A stretch of DNA of 50,949 nt from a plasmid, in the sequence record NZ_CP034927.1, one strand, 5' to 3'. Position 1 is the first letter of the stretch. Each line of letters begins with the position of its first letter. The position numbers and the translations under genes are program-made. Below, one piece after another: positions 7,693-17,054 of the stretch. A model generated the notes under the pieces. It made no database searches. It saw only the letters and a program-made list of their open reading frames with translations, and was not told where the DNA came from.

Positions 7693-9029
7693 GAGGTCCA
7701 ATCAATCTCGGCCGAGTTGCCGCACGTGATGCGCCCCGCCTGGTTCAACGGCAGGAACTTGCGGGTCTGGCCCAGGTCAGCCTCGGCCAGCTTGTCCATC
7801 TGGTACTGCGCAATCCACAGCCCGATCCGGGCCGCTTGGCATGCGAAGTCGTCGATCTCGATCCCGTAGAACGCGTCGAGCCGGACCACCTCGTGTGGCA
7901 ACTCTCCGAGATGACGAAACGCGAGTCGCTCAAGTTCGCGCATGGCCTTATAGGCCAGGATCAGGAAGTTGCCCGAGCCACAGGCCGGATCAAACACCCG
8001 CACGGCCGCCAGCCGATTCAGAAAGACCCGTAGCTTGGGCTTGTTGCTCTTCGCCTGCTCTAACTCAGCGCTGAGGTCGTCCAGCAGGATCGGCCGCAGC
8101 ACCTTCATGATGTTGGCCGCCGACGTGTAGTGCATCCCGAGTTCGCCGCGCTTATTCGGGTCGACCACGGCCTGCAGCATCGACCCGAAGATATCTGGGT
8201 TGATCAGCCGCCAGTCGAGCCGGGCGCAATCAAGCAGGTGCCGCCGGCATCGCCCGTCGAGTAGTGGCACTGGCAACGGATCGCGAAAGAGATCGCCGTT
8301 GACGTAAGGCAATCGCGACCATCCCCGGACCGGCCGCGCCTTCGCCTTCTCCGGAGCGAGATCCATGTGGGCAAATGCCCCCGCAAGAAAGTCTTGCAGG
8401 TCGCCACCGTCGGCCCTGGTCGATCGCTCCACGGCCGTCTGGAAGGCGTCTTTCTCGAAGATGCCAACATCGTCGGAAAACAGGCAGAACATAACGCGCG
8501 CCATGAACACATTGAGTGCATGGCGGTCCACTTCGCCCCTCCATCCCGGGTTTGCGTCGCGTACCGCGTCGAACAGGCGCGATAGATGCTTGGTGGCGCG
8601 GATGTCGGCCAGCCGTTCCGGGTCCGGCACGTGGCGCTCGTGGCCGCCCAACGGGAAGAGGATGTCGGCTTCATAGGCGAGGGCGTCCAGACTGAGCCGC
8701 TGCTCATCGCCGACCTTCGTGTCGCAGATCGCGATCGCGTCCCCGTCGTAAGCGATGACGATGCGGGTGCGCCTAGCTTTCGGCTTGGCCTCTTCCTCCG
8801 CCCGCATCGCCTCCATCGAGGGGACCGTCGCGCCCTTGTCCACAAGCGCGAAGCGAAGCATCCGCGTCCATGCGAACGATCCGCTGCCGGCCGCCTCGGC
8901 CCGGAGCTTCGTGATCGTCGCGCGCGGCGCACCCACGGCATCCATCAATTCGAGCCCGAAGCTTGCTCGGTCCGGCCGTCGCCCCACCAACGCCTCGACG
9001 TTGTCATAGATCTCGGTCGGACTCAGCAT
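7693..9029 (-). pseudogene. N-terminal about 445 codons of an MmeI-like type IIG/IIL restriction-modification enzyme (or related gamma-class N6-adenine MTase), truncated by the IS6 element
   Basis: It has the AdoMet motif I (VFDPACGSGNFL) and the characteristic upstream FMARVMFCLFSDDVGIF helix. The reading frame runs into the IS6 terminal repeat just after ...CGNSAEIDWTS, before any NPPY/F motif IV. The last 22 codons are IS-derived. Confidence 0.6.
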
Positions 9030-9453
9030 GCAGTCGTCCTACCACCTTGTGAAATTGTGCAAATCATCAATGGCCGCATTTCAGTACGGTGTGAGATTGC
9101 GAAGGTGCCGGATGGGTTCTTCTTCGGAAGAGCAGGATGTTGACCGGAGAGCCACTCGGGGCCGGCATCTCGCGAACGGCGACGCCGGGATCGGCATGAA
9201 AATTCAGCTCGTCGCGGTTTTGCACCACATACAGAGAGTTCTGAAGCATCGCATCAGTCCTGGCGCGTGGGCGCGCTTCGGTAGTCATGGTCGCAATTGC
9301 AGAAAGTTGAGCTGCGGCGCGGTCTGTCTACCACCGCGGTCACGCGCGTTGCTGGCCAACTGCTCACATCCGCTACGGAGCATCTGAAGTAAGCAGATGA
9401 TTGGCTGAGGTGATGCGTAGAGTCGATGATGAGAGGGAGCATGCGGGCGGCGC

Positions 9454-10131
9454 CTACCTGATCGCACTTCGTGCGAGCACGGCCCTGACCTGGGTAGCGC
9501 CCCACCTTCCGCCGCGTGGGGTGCGTATGCCGCGCGCGTCCAGCACTGCTGCGATGCCGCGGAGACTGGTAACACCGCTAACCTGCGCCTGAAGAATGAT
9601 GGGGACCACATTTTCTGCGAACCGCCGAGCTTCAGCAGCCGTCGCGGCGGCCCCTGCCCGACCGGCCTCATTGAGGTTCGTAGGATTACCCAGCCGGACA
9701 CCCTGTCGCTTGTGCGCGGCCAGCGCTGCCCGCGTGCGCTCGGAGATCATGCGCCGTTCCTTCTCGGCCAGCGCGGCGTAGATGTGCAGCATGAATGGGT
9801 CCACGTCAGCGCCGAGTTCGGCGACGAGGAACGGTACCCGCTGCACCATCAGCCCTGCAATAAAATGAACGTCGCGTGACAGCCGATCGAGCTTGGCAGC
9901 CAGCATAACGCTGCGTTGCCGCTTTGCGGCTGCCAGCGCCAGAACGAGCTGTGGCCGGCGATCAAGCGCGTCGCTCCCCTTTCCCGTTTCCACCTCGGTG
10001 AACGCCTCGACGATCTCAAGGCCGTTCTGGACGGCGAAAGTTGTGCACCGCTCTCGCTGGGCATTCAGTCCTAGCCCGGATCGACCCTGGCGTTCGGTGG
10101 ACACGCGATAGTAGGCGACGACGGGCTGCAT
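9454..10131 (-). CDS. serine recombinase (resolvase/invertase family), 225 aa
   Basis: The N-terminal catalytic domain [19 protein letters not shown]...DRLSRD has a serine nucleophile. The C-terminus is an HTH. Confidence 0.8.
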   Translation of the reverse strand: MQPVVAYYRVSTERQGRSGLGLNAQRERCTTFAVQNGLEIVEAFTEVETGKGSDALDRRPQLVLALAAAKRQRSVMLAAKLDRLSRDVHFIAGLMVQRVPFLVAELGADVDPFMLHIYAALAEKERRMISERTRAALAAHKRQGVRLGNPTNLNEAGRAGAAATAAEARRFAENVVPIILQAQVSGVTSLRGIAAVLDARGIRTPRGGRWGATQVRAVLARSAIR

Positions 10132-10170
10132 ACCCGTTCATTTGTGGGCATTCGGAGCTTTGTAGCAAGA

Positions 10171-10194
10171 GGCCAAACGACCGTTTGGCCTTTT
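10171..10194 (+). other. perfect 9-bp inverted repeat GGCCAAACG-AC-CGTTTGGCC followed by TTTT (terminator-like hairpin or recombinase site)
   Basis: Read directly in the sequence, between the serine recombinase start and the DUF2442 gene end. Confidence 0.3.
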
Positions 10195-10230
10195 GACGCT
10201 ATCAAGCCAATGTTCCTGGTCCGAATAGCC

Positions 10231-10632
10231 TCATGCGGATTTCCGTGGCCGCCCTCCCCTGGCGCCGTTGGCTCGCGCCGCCGCTGCTTTTGCAGGCGAC
10301 GTAGCCCGCCCGGCCTGACGGGCCATGAAGGCCCTGGTGCCGAACAGTCCCGCCAGGAGACCGAGGACCGAGAGGTCGGCATCGAGCGCCTCCCAGTGCA
10401 GGCCCGTGCCGGTTCCCAGCACCTCGACCTCGGCCAGCTGCTCGTCGGTTGCCCTTTCCAGTCCCTGCGCCAGGCGTGCCGGGAAGGCAAAGGTGCAGCC
10501 GTTGCTCAGTTCCACGATCACGCGCCCGGCCTGGCGGTCATAGCGTGCTGCCGTGGCCCTGGGCTCCGTCCGGCGCGCGGCCGCACCCCGGGCCAGCGCC
10601 TCGTCGATCTGCGTGTCGGTCAGCTCAGCCAT
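10231..10632 (-). CDS. DUF2442-like protein
   Basis: MAELTDTQIDEALARG...GRVIVELSNGCTFAFPARLAQGLERATDEQLAEVEVLGTGTGLHWEALDADLSVLGLL. The start overlaps the upstream DUF4160 stop (ATGGCTGA). Confidence 0.6.
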   Translation of the reverse strand: MAELTDTQIDEALARGAAARRTEPRATAARYDRQAGRVIVELSNGCTFAFPARLAQGLERATDEQLAEVEVLGTGTGLHWEALDADLSVLGLLAGLFGTRAFMARQAGRATSPAKAAAARANGARGGRPRKSA

Positions 10633-10885
10633 GGATCTCCCTCCAGCGCGCCAGCAGGACGGCCTGTTGCCCGGTGATGGCATGCATGGCGCGGCGAACT
10701 TCGCCGCGGCTCATGCCCTCAGCCCAGACCAGCTCCGGAAGACCACCCCTGCCGATCAGGTTGATCTTGGCCTCACCGTCTCCGAAGACATGGACATGAG
10801 CAGGATCGTGATCGTTGGCATAGATGACCACGCGCAGGCCGTGGACACGTAGCACAGTCACCCTGAGTACGTCATAACCCATCAT
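10625..10885 (-). CDS. DUF4160-like protein
   Basis: 86 aa, with VIYANDHDPAHVHVFGDGEAKINL matching the DUF4160 PPHxHV motif region. It is paired and translationally coupled with DUF2442. Confidence 0.6.
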   Translation of the reverse strand: MMGYDVLRVTVLRVHGLRVVIYANDHDPAHVHVFGDGEAKINLIGRGGLPELVWAEGMSRGEVRRAMHAITGQQAVLLARWREIHG

Positions 10886-10960
10886 GATGGGTTAATCAAG
10901 CTTGTTGAGCCAGTCCACCGCCCGTGGATCGTCTGGCGCACCTCTGCCTTTACGCCCTCG

Positions 10961-13228
10961 GTGATCAGACAATCCTGGTGGAGACATGAGCCCGATGCGC
11001 AGGCATCATCGTTCGCCTATCTGAGGACCATGCCCGGCATCCCGGCCCCCTCCCCTGCCCCGGCGGATCGCGGCCTGCCCACCGAGGCGCTGGCCGGGCT
11101 GGTGGAACGCGTCACCTACCACAGCGCCGAGAACGGCTTCTGCGTGCTGCGGGTCAAGGCGCGCGGCCACCGCGACCCGGTCACCGTGGTGGGCCACGCC
11201 GCCTCGATCTCGGCCGGCGAATGGGTGCAGATGTCGGGCGCCTGGGTCAACGACCGCGCCCACGGCCTGCAGTTCAGGGCAGGCTTCCTCAAGGCCACCC
11301 AACCCACGACGCGCGAGGGCATCGAGAAGTACCTGGGCTCGGGCATGATCCGCGGCATCGGTCCGGTCTACGCGGCCAGGCTGGTGGCGGCCTTCGGCGA
11401 GGCGGTGTTCGAGCTGATCGAGGCCGAGCCCGCCCGGCTGCGCGAGGTCACCGGCATCGGCCCCAGGCGTGCGGCGCGCATCGTCGCCGGCTGGGCCGGG
11501 CAGAAGGTGATCCGCGAGATCATGCTGTTCCTGCATGCCAACGGGGTGGGCACCTCGCGCGCGGTACGGATCTACAAGACCTACGGAGCGCGGGCCGTGG
11601 AGGTGATCACGGAGAACCCCTACCGCCTGGCGCGCGACATCCGCGGCATCGGCTTCCGCACCGCCGACACCGTGGCGGGCAGGCTCGGCATCGAGCCCAC
11701 GGCGATGATCCGGGTCCGCGCCGGGATCTCCTTCGCGCTCGCCGAGGCCACCGGTGAGGGGCACTGCGGCCTGCCGGTGGGCGAGCTGACCGCGCTCGCG
11801 GGCAAGCTGCTGGAGGTGAGTCCCGAGCTGATCGAGGCGGCCCTGGCTCTCGAACTCGACGCCGGCGAGGTGGTGACCGACACGCTGGAGGGCGGGCCTT
11901 GTGTGTTCCTGGCCGGGCTGTACCGCGCCGAGCAAGAGATCGCCGGGCGGCTGCGGCGGCTGGCCGCGGGCCGGCAGCCCTGGCCCGCCATCGATGCCGA
12001 CCGGGCGATCCCCTGGGTGGAGGAGCGGACCGGGCTGACGCTTGCGGCCAGCCAGCGCGAGGCGCTGCGGCTGGCGCTCTCCTCCAAGGTGCTGGTGATC
12101 ACCGGCGGCCCGGGTGTGGGCAAGACCACGCTGGTGAACGCCATCCTGCGGGTGATCCGGGCCAGGGGGGTGGAGGTGGCGCTCTGCGCCCCGACGGGAC
12201 GGGCGGCCAGGCGCCTGAGCGAGAGCACGGGGCTGGAGGCGCGGACCATCCACCGGCTGCTGGAGAGCGACCCGAAGACCGGTGGGTTCAAGCGCGACGA
12301 GACGAACCCCTTGGCCTGCCAGCTGCTGGTGGCCGACGAGACCTCGATGGTGGACGTGCCGCTGATGCGCGCCCTGCTGCGGGCGCTGCCCGACGAGGCG
12401 GCGCTGCTGCTGGTGGGCGACGTGGACCAGCTCCCCTCGGTGGGCCCCGGGCAGGTGCTGGCCGACGTCATCGGCTCGGGCGTCCTGCCGGTGGTGCGGC
12501 TGACCGAGGTGTTCCGCCAGGCGGCCGAGAGCCGGATCGTGACCAGTGCCCACCGCATCAACCGCGGTCGGCTGCCGGAGCTCGAGGCGACGGCGGGCAG
12601 CGATTTCTTCTTCGTCGGGGCGGAGGAGCCGGAGGAGGGTGTGCGCAAGCTGCTCACCCTGGTGGGCGAGCGCATCCCGGCGCGCTTCGGGCTGGATCCG
12701 ATCCGCGACGTGCAGGTGCTCTGCCCGATGAACCGGGGCGGGCTGGGGGCCAGGGCGCTGAACGCCGCGCTGCAGGCGGCGCTGAACCCGCCCGGGGACC
12801 TCAGGGTCGAGCGCTTCGGCTGGACCTTCGGCCCCGGCGACAAGGTCATGCAGGTGGCCAACAGCTACGACCGGGAGGTGTTCAACGGCGACCTCGGCGT
12901 GATCACAGGGGTGGACCTGGAGGAGGGCGAGCTCACGGTGGTCTTCGACGGGCGGGAGGTCGCCTACGGCTTCGGGGAGCTGGACGAGCTGGTGCTGGCC
13001 TACGCCACCACCATCCACAAGGCCCAGGGCTCGGAGTACCCGGCGGTGGTGATCCCGCTCAGCACGCAGCACTACGCCATGCTGGCGCGCAACCTGCTCT
13101 ACACCGGCGTGACGCGGGGCCGGAAGCTGGTGGTGCTGCTCGGGCAGCGCCGGGCCCTGGCGATCGCCGTGCGCAACCAGGGCATGCGCCGGCGCTGGTC
13201 GAAGCTCCGGGAGTGGCTGGCTCTGTAG
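10961..13228 (+). CDS. recD2: RecD2-like SF1B ATP-dependent DNA helicase
   Basis: It has a Walker A (ITGGPGVGKTT), DExx (LLVADETSMVD), motif VGDVDQLPSVGPG, a C-terminal YATTIHKAQGSEY, and N-terminal helix-hairpin-helix-like repeats (GIGPVYAARL, GIGPRRAARI). The start could be an internal ATG (about 11033). Confidence 0.8.
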   Translation: MIRQSWWRHEPDAQASSFAYLRTMPGIPAPSPAPADRGLPTEALAGLVERVTYHSAENGFCVLRVKARGHRDPVTVVGHAASISAGEWVQMSGAWVNDRAHGLQFRAGFLKATQPTTREGIEKYLGSGMIRGIGPVYAARLVAAFGEAVFELIEAEPARLREVTGIGPRRAARIVAGWAGQKVIREIMLFLHANGVGTSRAVRIYKTYGARAVEVITENPYRLARDIRGIGFRTADTVAGRLGIEPTAMIRVRAGISFALAEATGEGHCGLPVGELTALAGKLLEVSPELIEAALALELDAGEVVTDTLEGGPCVFLAGLYRAEQEIAGRLRRLAAGRQPWPAIDADRAIPWVEERTGLTLAASQREALRLALSSKVLVITGGPGVGKTTLVNAILRVIRARGVEVALCAPTGRAARRLSESTGLEARTIHRLLESDPKTGGFKRDETNPLACQLLVADETSMVDVPLMRALLRALPDEAALLLVGDVDQLPSVGPGQVLADVIGSGVLPVVRLTEVFRQAAESRIVTSAHRINRGRLPELEATAGSDFFFVGAEEPEEGVRKLLTLVGERIPARFGLDPIRDVQVLCPMNRGGLGARALNAALQAALNPPGDLRVERFGWTFGPGDKVMQVANSYDREVFNGDLGVITGVDLEEGELTVVFDGREVAYGFGELDELVLAYATTIHKAQGSEYPAVVIPLSTQHYAMLARNLLYTGVTRGRKLVVLLGQRRALAIAVRNQGMRRRWSKLREWLAL

Positions 13229-13299
13229 CTGGCATCCGCCAGCGCCTCTGCGTCTCCAGCACAATTTCTGAGGCTGCTTCATAGATAGCCGAACCTATT

Positions 13300-13435
13300 C
13301 AGACATCCACCGCATAAACGTACGTATGATCGGCAATACGTACGTTTGTAGGATAGTACGTTTGTGCGAGCGACATTGCGTATGGTAGACATGATGTACG
13401 AACGTATGATCGCTCGGACATGGAGACGTATGCGA
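13300..13435. repeat. cluster of ACGTA(C/T)G-containing direct repeats (12-mer TACGTATGATCG at least twice here and once more at 14239) upstream of parA; candidate partition site
   Basis: Exact 11-12-mer recurrence was read in the sequence at 13321-13332, 13402-13412 and 14239-14250. Confidence 0.4.
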
Positions 13436-14083
13436 ATGACGGTCTTAACATTGGCTGGGTCAAAGGGAGGCTGCGGCAAGAGCACATTGGGTCGGGCTAT
13501 GTCTGCTCTCCTAGCGCGTGAAGGAGCATCTTTCGCGGTGGTGGATGCGGACCCCAACAAGGCGCTTTCTCGATGGCTTACTGCCATTTACGAGGGACCG
13601 GAGATTACTCACTGCGCCGAGGCAAACGAGGACCGATTGGCACACTTAATTGCTGAGTTGCGCGACCAGCACGATTTAGTGCTCGTGGACACCGCCGGGT
13701 TTGAGAACCTTGGATCGTCGGTAGCAATTGCCTCGGCTGATGCGGTGCTCATCCCCTGCAAGGCTTCGGAAGCAGACCTCTACGAAGCCAGGACCACTGC
13801 CACAAAGGTCAAGTCACTTTCTGTTACTACTCGGCGGACAATCCCGGCTTGGGTAATTCTCAATTCCGTCCGAACTACGGCTGTAGCTGCTCATGCCGCC
13901 GAACAGATTAAGGAGGCAGGGCTAGAACGGCTCAGTGCTTCCCTTGGCCACCGAGCAGATTATGAGGCGGTAAGCCACACGGGGAAAATGCCGACTAGCG
14001 GTGCCGCCTTCCGTGAGGTCACGGATCTCATCGCAGAACTTCGAGCCAAAGATGCCATGCCCGCTGTCCGGGTGACCGCCTGA
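13436..14083 (+). CDS. parA: ParA/Soj-family partition ATPase (deviant Walker A KGGCGKST)
   Basis: MTVLTLAGSKGGCGKSTLGRAMSALLAREGASFAVVDADPNKALSRW. The ORF in the track starts earlier at 13364, but that stretch contains the repeats. The stop overlaps the next gene (TGATG). Confidence 0.8.
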   Translation: MTVLTLAGSKGGCGKSTLGRAMSALLAREGASFAVVDADPNKALSRWLTAIYEGPEITHCAEANEDRLAHLIAELRDQHDLVLVDTAGFENLGSSVAIASADAVLIPCKASEADLYEARTTATKVKSLSVTTRRTIPAWVILNSVRTTAVAAHAAEQIKEAGLERLSASLGHRADYEAVSHTGKMPTSGAAFREVTDLIAELRAKDAMPAVRVTA

Positions 14084-14583
14084 TGGCCAAGCCCACATTT
14101 AAGAAGCTGCCCGAGGCAGAGCAAAGGATGCCTCCGACAGAGTTAGTGGCTGCAGTACGAGCAGAAGACCCGAGCGTTCCTCCAGCGCGTGTAGAAGTAG
14201 AGCACGACACTCAGACGGCAATACGTCATTTCAGCCATACGTATGATCGACATGGCGGACAGACAATAGGTCAATCAGACGTCCAGCCATCCACGTCAAT
14301 CTCGGGCACTCTTGCACCAAAGCGAGACGCTCCATCAATAAATCAGCATGTCGACAATACGAAAAGACGTCCTGACGGCAATACGTCTGAACGATCAGAT
14401 GTTCTGACCGCTCTGACTGTACGGTTGCGTCAGAGTACTCTCGATGCAGTGCTGGCATCCTCCGAAAAACGGGGAGTTACGCTCAAGCAGGTTCTGACAC
14501 ACGCCTTGCGGGATGCCGGGATAAAGGTGGCCGCAGCCGATCTCGAAGATCGAACCCCCCGACGTAAGGTTCGTGGCGGGTGA
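14083..14583 (+). CDS. ParG-like ribbon-helix-helix partition protein (centromere-binding partner of the small ParA)
   Basis: The C-terminal LTVRLRQSTLDAVLASSEKRGVTLKQVLTHALRDAGI is a ribbon-helix-helix-like fold after a long, likely disordered N-terminal region. It is translationally coupled to parA. The 5' coordinate is uncertain. Confidence 0.5.
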   Translation: MAKPTFKKLPEAEQRMPPTELVAAVRAEDPSVPPARVEVEHDTQTAIRHFSHTYDRHGGQTIGQSDVQPSTSISGTLAPKRDAPSINQHVDNTKRRPDGNTSERSDVLTALTVRLRQSTLDAVLASSEKRGVTLKQVLTHALRDAGIKVAAADLEDRTPRRKVRGG

Positions 14584-14602
14584 CCAGCATGACACATGGG
14601 GG

Positions 14603-14868
14603 TGGACTCTTGCGAGCAATGTCCACTGTGGACTCTTGCGAGCAAAAGAGTAACCGAATCGGGCTCGTCTGGCTGAAGTGGAAACATTGCCAGCCGTCCT
14701 TCAGCTCACAAGGCAGCCGAGGACTCTTGCGAGTGGTCTGTGGACTCTTGCGATACGCCTAAACGTTGAATCAATGACTTCTGCCGGTTATCCCGTGGAC
14801 TCTTGCGAGCAAGCTAATAGTTTAGAATCTCTAATAACCTCAAATAGCTTCGCTCGCAGGAGTCCACA
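14603..14868. repeat. iteron array: about 6 copies of TGGACTCTTGCGAGCAA (one inverted, variant GACTCCTGCGAG), with a 7th copy at 15165..15179
   Basis: Copies are at 14603, 14629, 14720, 14741, 14796, 14852 (reverse complement) and 15165. An AT-rich stretch lies at about 14815-14850. The array is directly upstream of repA. Confidence 0.7.
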
Positions 14869-14961
14869 GGCGACAGATCCAGTTGCCATGGCATAAGGGG
14901 CTGAAGTCTGGGGAGATAGCCGGTGGGGACGGTGCATCGTCTGATCGAGACCCAGGGCAAG

Positions 14962-15843
14962 ATGGCAGCCCTGGCAACCGACATCGACCGGCGCGTTGTG
15001 GAAGCCGCTTCGTCATACATGGCCGACGAGGATTCCAACGTTGGCTTCATCTACTCTGGCTGGACCCAAGCAGCGCTCCCGCACAAACGTCTCCCCGACG
15101 ATGCCATTTGGAAGATCAGTTCTGAGCACGTAACCCTTCTGGTCGAACCAGGTCGGCGAACTGTGGACTCTTGCGAGGAAGCAGAGTGGGTAGGGGTGCC
15201 TTACGGGAGTCGCGCCCGTCTAATTTTACTCTTTCTTCAATCCGAAGCACTTCGGACTGGAGGGCGGGAAATCGAGCTTGGACGCAGCCTCCGCGCGTGG
15301 TTATCGCGTCTCGGCATTCCAATCGGTGGTAAGTCTTTTAAGGACGTTCGGGAACAGGCGGAACGGATCTCACGCTGCAGACTAACGTTCCACATTCGGA
15401 CCGCTGGTCGGGCTGGTTTGGTCAACCAAAACATCGTGGATACAGCGATGTTCGTTGGAAGCGACGACACGTCTCAGGGATCACTTTTCACCGATACCGT
15501 TCGCCTCTCAGAGAGCTTTTTTGAGCAACTCCAGAAGCATCCTGTTCCGATCGAGGAAGCAGCAATCAAGGCTCTTTCCAACAATAGCATGGCATTGGAT
15601 ATCTACTGCTGGCTAACTTACCGTCTACATGTCCTGCAGAGTCCAAAGCCGATTTCCTGGAAAGCGCTACAAGGACAGTTTGGAGTTGGCTATAAAGGTC
15701 TCCACCACTTCAAGCCGCGGTTTCTAGAAAACCTTGGTCTTGCATGTGCAGTCTATCCAAGGGCAGAATTAGAAGTGGATGAACGCGGATTGACACTGAA
15801 ACCGTCGAAATCACCAGTCATGCCTCGTCTGATTAAAGCGTAA
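14962..15843 (+). CDS. repA: plasmid replication initiator RepA (RPA-type, iteron-binding)
   Basis: About 290 aa downstream of the iterons. IYSGWTQAALPH...GVPYGSRARLILLFLQSEAL...LDIYCWLTYRLH resembles alphaproteobacterial plasmid RepA (Replication initiator protein A family). An alternative GTG start is at 14923. The region has lower GC than its surroundings. Confidence 0.65.
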   Translation: MAALATDIDRRVVEAASSYMADEDSNVGFIYSGWTQAALPHKRLPDDAIWKISSEHVTLLVEPGRRTVDSCEEAEWVGVPYGSRARLILLFLQSEALRTGGREIELGRSLRAWLSRLGIPIGGKSFKDVREQAERISRCRLTFHIRTAGRAGLVNQNIVDTAMFVGSDDTSQGSLFTDTVRLSESFFEQLQKHPVPIEEAAIKALSNNSMALDIYCWLTYRLHVLQSPKPISWKALQGQFGVGYKGLHHFKPRFLENLGLACAVYPRAELEVDERGLTLKPSKSPVMPRLIKA

Positions 15844-15991
15844 CCGGTACAACCCATTCAAAAGCACTTGAACGGCCAGAGAGGCAAGTGAGGCTGCTGG
15901 GCCTCGTCAATTGGTATGAGTGATATTTGTTGCTATTATGAAACATTCGTCTATCTGAGGTGGGATGTACCATCTTAGATAGACATCCAGT

Positions 15992-16293
15992 CTAACCCAT
16001 TGCTCGCGCCGGAATGGCCGGGACGATATCGGTCCTCGGGAAGTCATTGCCTTCGAAGAGCAGGGGCAGGTTCCAGCACTTGGCCAGGGCATAGGAAGCG
16101 CAGTCGCCAAGGTTGAGCGCGGCCGGGTGACGCCCCTTGCCATACGCCGGAACGCTTCCCGGGCGGTCTCCGCCTGCTCCCGGTCCTGTGCCACCACATG
16201 CATGCCGGCCCCGGCGATGATGTGCAGGAAGGCATCCGCCTCCGGTTCCCGCCGCAGGATGGCGATCAGCACCGAGCTGTCCACGGCAATCAC
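15992..16293 (-). pseudogene. vapC: vapC-like PIN-domain toxin, apparently frameshifted
   Basis: The PIN N-terminus (GTG) [22 protein letters not shown]...REAFRR is in one frame. The conserved C-terminus [40 protein letters not shown] is in the -1 frame. The switch occurs near TTCCGGCGTATGGCAAGG. Confidence 0.5.
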
Positions 16294-16344
16294 ACGGGCA
16301 GGCCGTCCTCGTCGTACAGATCCGCCTCGGTCAGCGGTTCTTCC
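16290..16344 (-). pseudogene. vapB: 3' end of a vapB-like antitoxin gene (…[17 protein letters not shown]), cut by IS66 copy 2
   Basis: The C-terminal DLYDExGLP motif is typical of VapB antitoxins. The GTGTGA stop/start overlaps vapC. The upstream part is at 35xx on the far side of IS66 copy 1. Confidence 0.45.
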
Positions 16345-16454
16345 GTACCCATACGGCCAAGGCCGCGGGTAGCCGAGGACCGCGGATTGGCGGCGTTCAC
16401 CGCTATCGGTCGGGGCTGAGCTCCTCTGGGGCGCTGATCCTGGGAGGGCCGCGA

Positions 16455-17054
16455 TCAGCTTGCGGAATTGCGCCGGGTGGCTGGCTTGCGTGACCACGCC
16501 TTGGCGAGGGTGTCGACGGCTTTTGCGTGCTCTTCGAAGTCGATGCCGGCGGGATCGAAAGGCACGCCGACCCAGCGAACCATCTCGGCGTGGCTCTCGT
16601 GCTTCGGGTCGGCGATCGCGTCGAGGAACTCGGCATAACCTGGGGGTCCGCCAACGTCCTCGGGTGGGCAACGGCCTGTAGCATTGATCAGGAACGGGTA
16701 GAGCAGGCCGGGGATAGCATCGGCGATGCGCTCGACCTTGACCGTGTGTTCCCAGCCGTCACCGAAGTCGTAGAGGTACCTCAGCGTCTTCGCGCCGGTG
16801 TCCTCGATGACGTCGAGGAGCCGCGTCTTGCGGGCGTCGAGCGGGCCGTCTCCCCAGTCTGGGTCGGGCACGCCCCAGCCCACGCCGCGGGCGCGGATCT
16901 CGTAAAGGTGGCTGTTGGTCCAGCCCATGGCGGCCTGCAGCACCAAATGCAGGCGATCGAGCCGGATGGTCAGCGGCACCTCGACGCGGCGCGTCACCGC
17001 GGGCTTGACGTCGTCGAGGGTGATCTTCAGCCGGGCGATGTTGGAGCTGGTCAT
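16455..17054 (-). CDS. pRiA4b ORF-3-like family protein (IS66 copy 2)
   Basis: The protein is identical to the product of 6034..6633. Confidence 0.65.
   Translation of the reverse strand: MTSSNIARLKITLDDVKPAVTRRVEVPLTIRLDRLHLVLQAAMGWTNSHLYEIRARGVGWGVPDPDWGDGPLDARKTRLLDVIEDTGAKTLRYLYDFGDGWEHTVKVERIADAIPGLLYPFLINATGRCPPEDVGGPPGYAEFLDAIADPKHESHAEMVRWVGVPFDPAGIDFEEHAKAVDTLAKAWSRKPATRRNSAS

Noticed and set aside
9029-9453. ORFs 9028..9387 and 9067..9288 between the RM fragment and the recombinase
   Set aside because: They are short, poorly biased frames in what is more likely the promoter and 5' region of the RM gene.
11006-13282. 758-aa minus-strand ORF antisense to the RecD2-like gene (and similar long antisense ORFs such as 4436..5983, 17105..18652, 1364..1855, 35500..36777, 36068..38056)
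   Set aside because: These are mirror-frame ORFs typical of high-GC DNA. They are Ala/Arg/Gly/Pro-rich, have low third-position GC, and the opposite strand encodes proteins with clear family signatures.
14603-15179. Regularly recurring 17-mer, considered as a CRISPR array
   Set aside because: The spacing is irregular (21-313 bp), one copy is inverted, there are no cas genes, and it is immediately upstream of a replication initiator. These are iterons.
15907-16671. 254-aa ORF (and 6417..6881 on the other copy) starting MPTRGRWRTPRLCRV
   Set aside because: The ORF spans the IS66 terminus antisense to the pRiA4 ORF-3-like gene. It diverges exactly at the IS boundary. It is an artefact of the repeat plus the adjacent vapC region.
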